Shown here: positions 29,738 to 39,924 of the stretch, piece after piece | Numbering within the stretch: position 1 is the stretch's first letter | Layout: the number at the start of each line of letters is the position of its first letter | Assembly: GCA_963668315.1 (NCBI GenBank) | Contig: OY764216.1 | Location: forward strand, 4,288,001 to 4,352,000 | From: Spirochaetia bacterium | Lineage (GTDB): Bacteria > Spirochaetota > Spirochaetia > DSM-2461 | Direction: 5' to 3' | Length of the DNA stretch: 64,000 nt | Made by a program: the position numbers and the translations under genes | The notes under the pieces: model-generated | The model's input: the letters and a program-made list of their open reading frames with translations, nothing else | Database searches by the model: none | Told to the model about the DNA's origin: nothing

Positions 29738-30589
29738 CTATGGAATTGATTCCTTGAAAAACCTAATAAAACCATCACTTCGACCCGGTTCTATTTTACG
29801 GGCAAACAAAGCCTGACTCTCATCCGCAGAAGCAATATCTTCTTCTGTAAGCACCCGCGGTGGGAAGGGGTTAGGATGTTCCCAATCGGTATAGGTAAGA
29901 TTGTAACCTGTTAATTTATACTTATACTTCGAATTACACAATATGGTTTGAATGAAAAGTTCATCCGGGATGAATGTATTTCTAAAAAACCTTGTCACCC
30001 TTGGATTATTCCTGACATATTCCAGCAGATAGTTTACGCAATCCCCCGTTAATACCCACCATTGGTGTCCGCCGAAAGGTTCCAGACCATTAGGAATTCT
30101 CCTTTTCACAGGAATATAAATATGGTATTTTCTTAAGAAAAAATGCCAATGATAAACTCTTCTGAGGGATTGAAAATAGGATCCCTGTTCCGTCCATCTA
30201 TTATTTTCATGAATAGAAAAGTACTCAATAAACTGTTTATCCCGATGTTTATTCAAATAATCCTTTATTTCATAAATCGATTTCAAAGGATAATCCTGAC
30301 CGGATATCAATATGACATGACTATATGTCTCATTATTTCCATTAATAAGGGACAGACTATTTAATGTGGCTTGGACTATGCTAAACTGCCCCCAGCGGGG
30401 GGCCACCCTCTTCTCAATCAAGAATACATTATTATATTTCCCCGATTCTTTTAGAATCTTATCAAATGTGTCAGCTGCTCTTCTATCTATATGAATAAAG
30501 AGATGATCCCCATCCACACCAAGAATATCGATAAGATTAAGGATTTTTTCGGGATATTTATGGCCAAGTATTAGAAATGCTAATTTCAT
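29738..30589 (-). CDS. GT14 (core-2/I-branching) glycosyltransferase
   Basis: LAFLILGHK, FIHID, WGQFSIVQA, LISGQDYP, GHQWW, PDELFIQT, FARK. Confidence 0.88.
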   Translation of the reverse strand: MKLAFLILGHKYPEKILNLIDILGVDGDHLFIHIDRRAADTFDKILKESGKYNNVFLIEKRVAPRWGQFSIVQATLNSLSLINGNNETYSHVILISGQDYPLKSIYEIKDYLNKHRDKQFIEYFSIHENNRWTEQGSYFQSLRRVYHWHFFLRKYHIYIPVKRRIPNGLEPFGGHQWWVLTGDCVNYLLEYVRNNPRVTRFFRNTFIPDELFIQTILCNSKYKYKLTGYNLTYTDWEHPNPFPPRVLTEEDIASADESQALFARKIEPGRSDGFIRFFKESIP

Positions 30590-30920
30590 TTAAACAGGAT
30601 CCCTTCGCTCGCCATGATGTTCTTCCTGAGCATGAATATTCCCTTCACGATATAAAAACCATTTTATTGAAATAAAACTATTCTATAGTTATACACCTAT
30701 TAGTTCAAGGTTATTTGATTTCTACAATTACAAACTGCTACATTAAAGCATCATTCACAGATTTTTATCTAGATTATAAAACACTTTCTACAAGTAATTA
30801 CCATCTTTATTATATTTCCCATGCATCAAATAAACAAACAAAGCTTATATAACTTTGATATAAGAATACGTAGTTATTCAAAACGTTATTACAAAATATA
30901 AAAGCTGAGGTGAAAAGTTT

Positions 30921-32567
30921 ATGAAAGGAATATTATTACCATTATTATTAATATCTCTCTATAGTTGCGCATTAGCAGTTAATTTTACAGAAGCGGACAG
31001 TGAAGAATCCGTTTGGACCACCTATGAACCGGATTCAAACAGTAGAATCATTTACGTTAGTTCTTCTGTAGGGGATGATACAAATGATGGACTTTCAGAA
31101 GAAACTGCCGTAGAAACACTAACACGAGGTGCGGCACTCGTAAGAGACGGGGAATATGATTTCCTTCTTCTTCGCAGAGGGGATACCTGGCGAGGCGAGG
31201 ATCTTTATCGCTTCAAATCCGGCAGGGATGCCGACCACCCCATGGTAATTGCTTCCTACGGAACATCTATGGAAATGCCCCGAATAGAATTAGCAACATA
31301 TTTTATTAATCATAACGGTGCAGAAAGGAATTATCTGGCCATTATGGATCTGGAATTCATATCCTATCCAAAGATACCCACTGACCCGGAGTTTGATGGA
31401 TCAAACGGTGGAGGATTACGTTTCGTCGGCGGAGGGACAGGGATATTGGTTGAGGGCTGCCGTTTTACTTATAGCGAATTGCAGGTACAATCATATGGCG
31501 ACTATCATTATGACGGAGTAAGCATACGTAGAAATGTGATAGAAAAAAACTACCATATTAATACGGCAAATCAGAACTCTGCCTACAGACCCTCGGGAAT
31601 ATACGCCTCCCATGTACAGAATCTTCTCATAGAGGAGAATCTTTTTGACCATAACGGTTGGAATGAAGATGTGGATACAGCAGATGCCTCAATGTACAAC
31701 CATAATATGTATCTGAACGGCTGTGATGACCTGGTTGTACAGAGAAATATCATTACCCGATCATCCAGTATGGGAATAAAACTTCGCTCAGACGAGACTT
31801 CAGACTCCCAGGGAATTACAATTAAAGACAATATCTTTGCCGATGGCGAAATAGGCCTGAGCGTCGGGGGAAATACCAGTGAAGAGATAAGATTTGAAGA
31901 TGTACTGGTCCAGGGAAATGTGTTTTCCCAAATCGGTTTAAGTAACGCCAGCGGACGAAACTTTGCCTGGTTTTTAGATATCCAGGATAATGCCCGAACA
32001 ACCGTTCTGGGAAACTACTTTCTCCACCAACCCTGGTACACTAATAGTTTTGGCATTAAACTTCAAAGTGGCTCACAGGAGGATATTAATATTTTAAATA
32101 ATACATTCTATGATATCAGAGAGCAATCTCTCTCTATCGCTTTCGGAAGTTCCTGGTCTAACCTGTCTGTTTCCGGCAATACGTTCGTAGATCCGGAATT
32201 CGGCTCTTCCCTTGTTTATGTTCGTGATGGATCTCTCGATGGAATCAGCTTTTCAAACAACCGCTACTATTCCACTGTCGGTGACACAATTTCCACGACC
32301 TTGAACACCGGTCTTGGTGATGACTATGCGACATCCCATACTTATGAAGATTGGCAAACAATATCTAATGAAGCATATGGGGAATACGCGAATCCGGATT
32401 ACTACGATCCAAATCGGACACTGGGTAGTTATGCTGGATATTTAGGCCTTGAATCTGATATTCCCAGCTTTGTCGAAGAAGCTCGTCTCCAGAATCGTAT
32501 GAACTGGCGTGAGGAATATACAGCGTCTGCCGTTAAGGAGTATATAACCAAAGGTTTTTCTGAGTAA
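30921..32567 (+). CDS. Secreted lipoprotein with right-handed beta-helix (pectate-lyase-like fold), paralog 1
   Basis: Lipobox-like LYSC; IYVSSSVGDDTNDGLSE, LLRRGDTW, repeated IxxNxF rungs, HNMY. Confidence 0.75.
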   Translation: MKGILLPLLLISLYSCALAVNFTEADSEESVWTTYEPDSNSRIIYVSSSVGDDTNDGLSEETAVETLTRGAALVRDGEYDFLLLRRGDTWRGEDLYRFKSGRDADHPMVIASYGTSMEMPRIELATYFINHNGAERNYLAIMDLEFISYPKIPTDPEFDGSNGGGLRFVGGGTGILVEGCRFTYSELQVQSYGDYHYDGVSIRRNVIEKNYHINTANQNSAYRPSGIYASHVQNLLIEENLFDHNGWNEDVDTADASMYNHNMYLNGCDDLVVQRNIITRSSSMGIKLRSDETSDSQGITIKDNIFADGEIGLSVGGNTSEEIRFEDVLVQGNVFSQIGLSNASGRNFAWFLDIQDNARTTVLGNYFLHQPWYTNSFGIKLQSGSQEDINILNNTFYDIREQSLSIAFGSSWSNLSVSGNTFVDPEFGSSLVYVRDGSLDGISFSNNRYYSTVGDTISTTLNTGLGDDYATSHTYEDWQTISNEAYGEYANPDYYDPNRTLGSYAGYLGLESDIPSFVEEARLQNRMNWREEYTASAVKEYITKGFSE

Positions 32568-32571
32568 AAAC

Positions 32572-33906
32572 CTAAATAATACTAAAACCCATTCCCATTA
32601 TATGTTTTATTAGCAATATGGTTGCAAGAATTAAAACTAACAGGATTGTGCTTTTCATATCCTGAAGGATTAAGCCCTGCTTTTCTTTTTTTAAGCCAAT
32701 ATTGATTATTACATATAATGGGATATCATTTAGTGCTACGGCAATAATAGCACCAAAAACATTCCCAAAATAGTAGGCGATCGGCAATACGGTAACCATA
32801 TAGGCGAATTTAACTATGTTTCCAGCTGCCAGCCAGTGGGGCTTGCCGATAGTCAGTAAACTACGGTCTATGGACATCACTAATAAGCGAGGCCAGATTC
32901 CCAAAGCGAGAATAGGCAGCATCCAGGCGGCTTCAGAATAACGGTCATCATAAAGGAAAAGAATAATGGAATGAGCCGTAACAGAAAATAAAGCCAAAGC
33001 TACGGCAGAAATATAGAGAATCATCATTCGTGGTTTTTCTATCCTTGCCTTGATCTGCTCGTAAGGAATATTTGAGATTACAGGGAAAACCACTTTAGCG
33101 CTTATATATTCGACAACACTTTTAGGAAACTCGGAAAACATCAAAGCGATATTATAAACACCGAATAATCCGACCCCCAGAAATCGGCCCAGCAATATTC
33201 TATCGGCTTGGGAAGCCAAATAACTCATGGCCGTAGAAAACATTATCCATTTTCCAAAGGACAGAAGTTCCCTAGCCGCTTCTTTTTCAAGAAATAACCT
33301 ATTCTGGAATGTATTTATCCGATGACTCCAGGCTGTTAAAAGAACAGCATTTAGACAGTATGGAATAATTAAAGCCCAAATACTCCTTGTATAATAGGCA
33401 AAAATTATCATTATGGAAGTACCTATTAATTGAAAGAGAATCTCGGCGCTGACTTTTTTTCTCTGATTTAAATTTTTCTCTAATAAATCCAGAGATGTGG
33501 AATTCAAACCTTGAACAATGGAGAAAAGCCCGAATATGGGCAAGATTTTCATAAGAATGGGAACTTTATAAATAACCGATACAGGATAGGCTATAATAAT
33601 AGAGAGTAAACATAAACCAATACTTCTCAAGAATTGAATAGTCCATGCAGTATTAAGAAAATCCTGATCATTCGATCGTTTGCTTCTTATAATACTTGGT
33701 CCCATACCCAGATCTGAGAGTAAAAAAATCCCTCTCTGAAAAACAAGAGCAATAGCAATAATTCCAAAATATTCCGGAAAGAGCAGCCTTGTAAGTATAA
33801 CATTTGAAACAAGACGAATTAATTGACTGAATCCATATCCCAATATGACGAAGAAAGAAGCACTAATTATTTTTTTTTTCATTTTTACCTGTGAATAATC
33901 CATCAA
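32572..33906 (-). CDS. wzx: Wzx-type oligosaccharide flippase (paralog 3)
   Basis: SQLIRLVSNVILTRLLFPEYFG, FGKWI, QADRILLG, LYDDRY; more divergent from paralogs 1 and 2. Confidence 0.85.
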   Translation of the reverse strand: MMDYSQVKMKKKIISASFFVILGYGFSQLIRLVSNVILTRLLFPEYFGIIAIALVFQRGIFLLSDLGMGPSIIRSKRSNDQDFLNTAWTIQFLRSIGLCLLSIIIAYPVSVIYKVPILMKILPIFGLFSIVQGLNSTSLDLLEKNLNQRKKVSAEILFQLIGTSIMIIFAYYTRSIWALIIPYCLNAVLLTAWSHRINTFQNRLFLEKEAARELLSFGKWIMFSTAMSYLASQADRILLGRFLGVGLFGVYNIALMFSEFPKSVVEYISAKVVFPVISNIPYEQIKARIEKPRMMILYISAVALALFSVTAHSIILFLYDDRYSEAAWMLPILALGIWPRLLVMSIDRSLLTIGKPHWLAAGNIVKFAYMVTVLPIAYYFGNVFGAIIAVALNDIPLYVIINIGLKKEKQGLILQDMKSTILLVLILATILLIKHIMGMGFSII

Positions 33907-33932
33907 ATACCTGCTCCTATTTTAAAAATAAA

Positions 33933-34508
33933 CTACATTTCAACCTTCACCTGTCTTGCGGGAACTCCAAAGAGCGTTGCCCCAGCTGGATAACTTCTAA
34001 CAACAACAGAATTTGCACCAATCACAGTATCATCCCCCACGGTTACAGGTCCTAATATACAGGCCCCGCATCCTATATCCACCCGATTCCCGATGATAGG
34101 GCCTCTGACCTCCTTCTCGGCATCCTCTTTCCGTACTAGTCCCATAGTAGTGTTATGTCTCATATGAACATCATCTCCTATGGAAATAGCCCCGGCTATA
34201 ATTATATTACCATGGTGCCAGATCCTCACACGACGTCCCAGCTTTACCGTATAGGGCAAATCGATACCCCAGAAATTAAGAATTAGAGAATGGGCCAAGT
34301 TATATAGTATAGTAAAAGGAATTCGGAAGATCTTTTTCTTAATACCCATCCTCCAGTTTCCGAACCGATTACATCGAACGGCCAGATAACCCGGTTCAAA
34401 GCGATGATTATCATAGGTTTGCAGATCTTCTTTTTTCAGTGCAAAATACCCTATATCGGTCGGATTCTGATTTTCTGTTCCTTTTTTTCTTTTTAAGCCT
34501 TTTTCCAT
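33933..34508 (-). CDS. Serine O-acetyltransferase-like hexapeptide-repeat acetyltransferase
   Basis: GIDLPYTVKLGRRVRIWHHG, PIIGNRVDIGCGACILG, IGANSVV, GVPAR. Confidence 0.85.
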   Translation of the reverse strand: MEKGLKRKKGTENQNPTDIGYFALKKEDLQTYDNHRFEPGYLAVRCNRFGNWRMGIKKKIFRIPFTILYNLAHSLILNFWGIDLPYTVKLGRRVRIWHHGNIIIAGAISIGDDVHMRHNTTMGLVRKEDAEKEVRGPIIGNRVDIGCGACILGPVTVGDDTVIGANSVVVRSYPAGATLFGVPARQVKVEM

Positions 34509-34526
34509 GTAATATCTTCCTGTTTT

Positions 34527-35312
34527 TTATTTTATTCCATTAAGAAATTTTATAAATTCTCCGGCGATAACACGTCGGCCTAATTCATTAAGATGCCCCC
34601 CATCTTCCGTATAACCGGAAAATAGATAATAATACTCCTTTCCTCTGTAAAAAGCATGAGATCTCTTCCCGTCAGGTTCAGTCGACTCCCACATGGCCAG
34701 ATCAAAAATAGGATCAATACCTGCATAGACACTGCGAAGTTCTTTATTATATAACTCCCTTTTCACATTGGCGCTGGTGTCCCAGAGTTCCTTACCGACA
34801 ATCTTCTTAATAAAGGGTTTAAGACCTCTTTCTTCTTGAGTGACAGGAACCGTTAGATGAACTAACGTCAGATCAGGATAATTCTCCTTTAATCCCTCAA
34901 TCAGATTTTTATATTCAATAAAGAGGGATTCCACATCGGTATCCTTATTGATATCAACAAAACAGAATTTAAAAAAAGCAATATCAATCTTATCGCCCAG
35001 AGCATTATGGGAGAGAGTTTCCTGAAAGGAACGCATCTTACTAAGGGGATCTTTATTAACTCCAACACTTGCGTGCATGAGACAACCCCTGTTTTCAGGA
35101 ATATCCCCGGAATTAACAATGTTGATCCCGAGAGAGCTGTAATTTTCCATAATGCCCTCGATGATATTTTGTCCCACAGAATGGTGTCCAAAGAAGATTC
35201 TTTTACTTATCATTATATCTGCATCAATCTCCCCCACAAAAACCTCCTCTGATCCTCTCCGACAACCACTAAAACATATAAAGCACAACAAAAAGAAAAT
35301 AACATTCTTCAT
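34527..35312 (-). CDS. Lipoprotein, SGNH/GDSL-hydrolase-like
   Basis: Lipobox-like FSGC; FFGHHSVG (block I-like Ser), FKFCFVDI, DGGHLN (DxxH). Confidence 0.6.
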   Translation of the reverse strand: MKNVIFFLLCFICFSGCRRGSEEVFVGEIDADIMISKRIFFGHHSVGQNIIEGIMENYSSLGINIVNSGDIPENRGCLMHASVGVNKDPLSKMRSFQETLSHNALGDKIDIAFFKFCFVDINKDTDVESLFIEYKNLIEGLKENYPDLTLVHLTVPVTQEERGLKPFIKKIVGKELWDTSANVKRELYNKELRSVYAGIDPIFDLAMWESTEPDGKRSHAFYRGKEYYYLFSGYTEDGGHLNELGRRVIAGEFIKFLNGIK

Positions 35313-35333
35313 ACGCTCAGCCTTTCCTCTTCC

Positions 35334-36344
35334 TTACGAATGATGAAGTCCAACAGGAGTAAGCCTTTTATATCTTCTGTTCAGAAGAGAGCTCATCTGC
35401 AATTTAATAATGGTATAATTATAGATAACTGTTTTTTTCTTCCGCTTCCAGAAAAAAACGTTTTTCAGACAGATAAGGCCGGACAATAGAATTTCAGAAA
35501 AAGAATCAATTAACATTTTACTCAAACCATAATTCTTCCAATAATACTTCTGCTCACTCTCAATTCGGATGTTAATTAATTGTTTTCCCGACTCACTCAT
35601 CATTTCTCCCTTTGTCTTACTGCTTTCTCCACAGAGATGCAGTACAGAAGCATAGGGATAATAAACCGTTTTCCAACCCGCTTTTTTGGCTCGCAAACAG
35701 AAATCCGTTTCTTCATAATAAAGAAAATACCTATCATCAAGCATACCAATATCATCAATTAATTGTGAATTGATGAGAAAAAAAGCGCCGGGAACCCAGT
35801 CTACTTCTTTAACACTTTTATGATCCCACCAGCTATACGTAGGCCCCCCCAGGAGCTTTGACTGGGGAAATTTTGCAGAGATCCCAGATAAGGCTTTAAT
35901 TTTATAATAGGAACTGGGGAACTGACGGGCCGAGGGTTGGAAACTTCCATCTTTATTCAGCAACTGAACTCCCAGAACACCGCATTCCCTATTGTGCTCC
36001 ATATAATCAATAGTTTTTACTAAAGCATCCTCATTAAGAAAAGCATCAGAATTCAGGAGTAAAACATAGTGACTGTGCGATCTTTTTATCGCGTTATTAT
36101 TAGCTGCGGCAAATCCTGAATTTCTGGCATTTCTAATTAGGCAGTACTCAGGAAATTCCTTTTTAACAATCTGAACAGAATCATCATGGGAATTATTATC
36201 CACAACAAAAACATCTGTCTCAATATTTTCAATAGAATGGGAAACCGCTTCCAGACACTTTCTTAAAAGATCTCCCGTATTGTAACTGACAATAATAATG
36301 GAAAGCGTCTTTTTTTTATCCATCATATCCCCTTGGTATGGCAA
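35334..36344 (-). CDS. GT2 glycosyltransferase
   Basis: IIIVSYN, VVDNNSHD, NSGFAAANN, LLLNSD, VPGAFF, YYEETDFC. Confidence 0.9.
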   Translation of the reverse strand: MPYQGDMMDKKKTLSIIIVSYNTGDLLRKCLEAVSHSIENIETDVFVVDNNSHDDSVQIVKKEFPEYCLIRNARNSGFAAANNNAIKRSHSHYVLLLNSDAFLNEDALVKTIDYMEHNRECGVLGVQLLNKDGSFQPSARQFPSSYYKIKALSGISAKFPQSKLLGGPTYSWWDHKSVKEVDWVPGAFFLINSQLIDDIGMLDDRYFLYYEETDFCLRAKKAGWKTVYYPYASVLHLCGESSKTKGEMMSESGKQLINIRIESEQKYYWKNYGLSKMLIDSFSEILLSGLICLKNVFFWKRKKKTVIYNYTIIKLQMSSLLNRRYKRLTPVGLHHS

Positions 36345-38323
36345 TAATCAAAACTGTTTTCTCGAACTCCTCGACAGGATGTACTAAAAGAATTTTCCAG
36401 TATAAAGCTCTTGAAGACTAGCATTGTCGATATAAAAAAGAGGATTCTAGTGTTGTCAGCAAAAGATAAAGATAGTTCCGTATTCCTTGTCTTATTAAAA
36501 AGCCCTTCTATAACCTGGAAGTTAAAGATTTCCGATTTTTCAATCAGCTCTTTCTGAAGAATTTCTTCCAGCCAAGAAAGCTTCTCAACCTGGGAGAGAA
36601 AACTTACTCCATTAGGAGATTGATATGGCTGTTTGGGTCGTTTTAGAATATCTTCAGGAATTTCATTTATAAAAGCCTCTTTTAAAATATGTTTCTCATC
36701 CAGATCACACCCATGTAGTTTGTAATCCGTATTCAATCCATTGGCAAATTCATCGAATTCCACATCCAGAAAAGGGAATCTTCCTTCTACGGAATTGGCC
36801 ATGAGCATACGGTCGCCCTGAGCAGACAGGATATAGCCAGGCAATAATGTATTATACTCCAGCCACTGAGCTTTTTGCAGATAGGTCCAGTTATCCTTTT
36901 CCCTGGGCATTCTCTCTAAAAGAGGGTTAATTATCTCATTTTTCTTAAAATAGTCCATCGCTTCACTCGTAAACAGAGGCAATAACAATTTAGCATTATC
37001 CCACCGAGGCCTATGGGAAAGACCGTTATCACCGGTGATCAGATTTTTACTGAAAAAAGATCTCGTAAATGCCGGGGTTTTATGGAATTTATCCCCCATC
37101 CAAGGATAGAGATGGGAAAGCAGCTCTTCCGTTTCAGTAGAGCGGCCCTCAAGAATAACCTTATTTCGGATATAGGCTTCGCGGAAAATATCATAACCGC
37201 CCAGAACCTCATCAGCCCCTTCTCCAGTTACAACAACCTTATATCCCGAATCGCGAACCAGTTTAGAGAGAAGAAAAAGCGGAGCGGGTGCCGTTCTAAG
37301 AATAGGCCTTTCTGCGTTAAGCATGACCTGAGGAAAAACCTCGGCAATATCGGAATAATCAACAGAAAGCGTCCGGTGATCCGATCCAAGACGCTCCACC
37401 ATCTCTTTCTGAAAATATCCTTCATCAAATTGTGCATCGGAAAATCTTATAGAAAAAGTTTTTAGTCCTTCATGGGCGTACTTTTTAACAATGGCGGAAG
37501 AAACAGAAGAGTCGATACCGCCAGAGAGATAAGCTCCCACAGGAACGTCACTCCGTTCAAATCTTAACCGGGCAGCTTTGTGCAATTTTTCCCTTAACTC
37601 CTCGGTCTTCTCGATGAAATCCTTTTTACTGATAGGAACATGACCATCGGAAAACTCAATATTCCAAAATGTCTTGGCCCTTAACTGCTTACCGTCATAG
37701 ACTGCTAATGAACCGGGTGGAAGTTCATATATACGGGAAAAGGCCGTATTCGGAGCGACTGGTCCCCAGAAAGTAAAAATCTCCTGAAGTCCGGTCAGAG
37801 AAAACTCCCGGGAAACCGACTCATCGGTAAAAAGAGCCTTTATCTCCGAAGCAAAAAGAAAATTGTCCTTTGTCTCTGTGTAATAGAGGGGTCTGATTCC
37901 GTGCCTATCCCGGCTAAGAATAAGTTTATTTCTACGGCGGTCCCAAAGTGCGATAGCCCATTGACCGTTAAACTTTTGAAAGCATCCTTCTCCCCAGCTT
38001 TCCCAAGAATGAACTATAACTTCCGTATCACTTTCTGTTTTAAAAATATGACCGAGAGAAACGAGCTCCTCCCTGAGTTCAATATAGTTATAGATCTCCC
38101 CGTTAAAACTAATCCATAAAGACTCATCTTCGTTACAGAGAGGCTGAGTCCCTCCGGCGAGATCAATAATGGAAAGACGGGCATGCCCCAGAGCGGCCTT
38201 TTCATCCCGGAACCACCCCCTGCCATCCGGCCCGCGATGATACAAGCGATCCAGCATTCCTCTTACGAGTTCCTTATCGGGGATATTCCCCCGTTTACTT
38301 ACCAAACCGCATATCCCACACAT
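36323..38323 (-). CDS. asnB: Asparagine synthase (glutamine-hydrolysing)-family amidotransferase
   Basis: MCGICG, HRGPD, HARLSIID, YLSGGIDSS, GEGADE, GDRMLMANSVEGRFPFLD, RPKQPY. Confidence 0.9.
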   Translation of the reverse strand: MCGICGLVSKRGNIPDKELVRGMLDRLYHRGPDGRGWFRDEKAALGHARLSIIDLAGGTQPLCNEDESLWISFNGEIYNYIELREELVSLGHIFKTESDTEVIVHSWESWGEGCFQKFNGQWAIALWDRRRNKLILSRDRHGIRPLYYTETKDNFLFASEIKALFTDESVSREFSLTGLQEIFTFWGPVAPNTAFSRIYELPPGSLAVYDGKQLRAKTFWNIEFSDGHVPISKKDFIEKTEELREKLHKAARLRFERSDVPVGAYLSGGIDSSVSSAIVKKYAHEGLKTFSIRFSDAQFDEGYFQKEMVERLGSDHRTLSVDYSDIAEVFPQVMLNAERPILRTAPAPLFLLSKLVRDSGYKVVVTGEGADEVLGGYDIFREAYIRNKVILEGRSTETEELLSHLYPWMGDKFHKTPAFTRSFFSKNLITGDNGLSHRPRWDNAKLLLPLFTSEAMDYFKKNEIINPLLERMPREKDNWTYLQKAQWLEYNTLLPGYILSAQGDRMLMANSVEGRFPFLDVEFDEFANGLNTDYKLHGCDLDEKHILKEAFINEIPEDILKRPKQPYQSPNGVSFLSQVEKLSWLEEILQKELIEKSEIFNFQVIEGLFNKTRNTELSLSFADNTRILFFISTMLVFKSFILENSFSTSCRGVRENSFDYCHTKGI

Positions 38324-38344
38324 CTATTCACTCCCTCGTTCCAA

Positions 38345-39445
38345 TCAAATTTTTAAAAATTGAAGAAATCTTGCCAGAGGATCCTTCAAGTAATCAAAGA
38401 AAGGACTATCGGTCAATTTTACATCCATCATATACCGATTATCTTTAATCCTTCTTTTCACCAGAGAAACATAACCGGAAAGAGTACAATAATAGCCGGT
38501 GTGTTTTTTCTTGTCGTTTATTTCACCGGTTAATATATCATCACAGCAAATGACAGGGAAATTCACACCAATATGATAGGAACCTAATAGACTGCCCCAA
38601 AACCTCGGATTTATCTCAAGAATAAAGTACTCCCCTGTCTTCTCGTTATATCTAATATCAATATGAGCGACTCCCTGCCAATTTAAATTCATCATCAATT
38701 TCTGAACGACATCAAATAAGGTGCTGTCATCTATAAACTGGATAATCTTTGATGGAGTAAAATCATATTTATCTTTCTGTATTAACTCTTTCTGAATCGT
38801 ATATTGAAGGATTTTCCCGTCAACACAATAGACAGAAACCCCCAGATTATACCCGGGAACAAATTCCTGAAGGATTAATGGGTTTATCTCCTGGTTAAAT
38901 GTCTTTGTATATTGAAGAAAAGTTTCCTTATCCTCACAAAATTTAATACCATGGCCTCCCCCTCCAAAGGAGGGTTTTATGATAAGGGGAAAATTAACTC
39001 TTTCAAGATGACTGATTAAATCATCATCAACACAAATGGTATGAGGATGGGGTAGATTGTTTTCCCGAAGGAAATAACATATTTTCTTTTTATTATTGGC
39101 AAGTTCATAGATCTCTTTTGTCGGCAACCTTATAGTTTTTATACCCGCTTCTGATATCTTTTTTTTATGACAGATTAATAAATGGAACATATTGATATTA
39201 ACGGGAAGAATAAAGGGTATACTATTCTGTTTACAAATACTTATTATTCTATCCATTAATTCCGGGGATGGCTCCAAAGAGATCCTCCAGAAAGCCGATA
39301 CCCATCGGGAAAACTTAACAGAATAGCTATCATTATGACAAATAACATGTAAAGTAAATTTATTAGTTTTTCCCAGACAGTAGAGTACCTGCAGTATAAG
39401 CTGAGTCGGCGCAGTTCCCCCCAAAATCAATATTTTCACTCTCAC
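38345..39445 (-). CDS. ATP-grasp domain ligase
   Basis: FPLIIKPSFGGGGHG, LQEFVPG, GVAHID, LEINPRFWGS. Confidence 0.85.
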   Translation of the reverse strand: MRVKILILGGTAPTQLILQVLYCLGKTNKFTLHVICHNDSYSVKFSRWVSAFWRISLEPSPELMDRIISICKQNSIPFILPVNINMFHLLICHKKKISEAGIKTIRLPTKEIYELANNKKKICYFLRENNLPHPHTICVDDDLISHLERVNFPLIIKPSFGGGGHGIKFCEDKETFLQYTKTFNQEINPLILQEFVPGYNLGVSVYCVDGKILQYTIQKELIQKDKYDFTPSKIIQFIDDSTLFDVVQKLMMNLNWQGVAHIDIRYNEKTGEYFILEINPRFWGSLLGSYHIGVNFPVICCDDILTGEINDKKKHTGYYCTLSGYVSLVKRRIKDNRYMMDVKLTDSPFFDYLKDPLARFLQFLKI

Positions 39446-39527
39446 ATCTACCTCCCGAAAAGAGATATGTTCCTGCTATTTATATATTAAATTCTAAGTC
39501 CAAGAGTAATAACGGGATATAAAAACA

Positions 39528-39794
39528 TTATTCCTTTTTTAAAATAAAAGCTGTAAGATTATTCAAAGAATCCAGGTTTTCTGGGACAAGCTCATTATCT
39601 TCGATAGTTATGTTGTAGCTATCTTCGCAGAACTCTATCAATTCCAGAATCCCCAGAGAATCTATGATTCCATTCTCCATAAAAGACTCTTCGGGTTTAA
39701 CCATTGCGTCTTCATTACCAAAAAGGTAATTCTGGATAACAAAACTTCTCAACTGATTATGCAAAGTATCTTTTGATTCTGCGATGCTCATCAC
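39528..39794 (-). CDS. Acyl/aminoacyl carrier protein
   Basis: Acidic 88-aa protein with GIIDSLG (phosphopantetheine Ser) and ELVPENLDS. Confidence 0.88.
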   Translation of the reverse strand: MMSIAESKDTLHNQLRSFVIQNYLFGNEDAMVKPEESFMENGIIDSLGILELIEFCEDSYNITIEDNELVPENLDSLNNLTAFILKKE

Positions 39795-39924
39795 ACTCTC
39801 CTTATTTCTTTAAATTAATTCTAGTTTCTCCCCATAATAATTACAAATTATAAATTGAATTTGTGTTTTTCACTGGCTTCGCTTAAATTTCATATATAAA
39901 GTTTATTATTGAAAGGGGAAGAAT

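Noticed and set aside
33870..33879. A10 run at the start of wzx paralog 3, and T9/A9 runs near 42635 and 49307, as phase-variable tracts
   Set aside because: A/T runs of this length are expected in such AT-rich DNA, encode ordinary Lys/Phe stretches, and are in frame.
38345..39445. ATP-grasp RiPP (graspetide) system
   Set aside because: The only adjacent small ORF is an ACP; no precursor with core repeats was seen.
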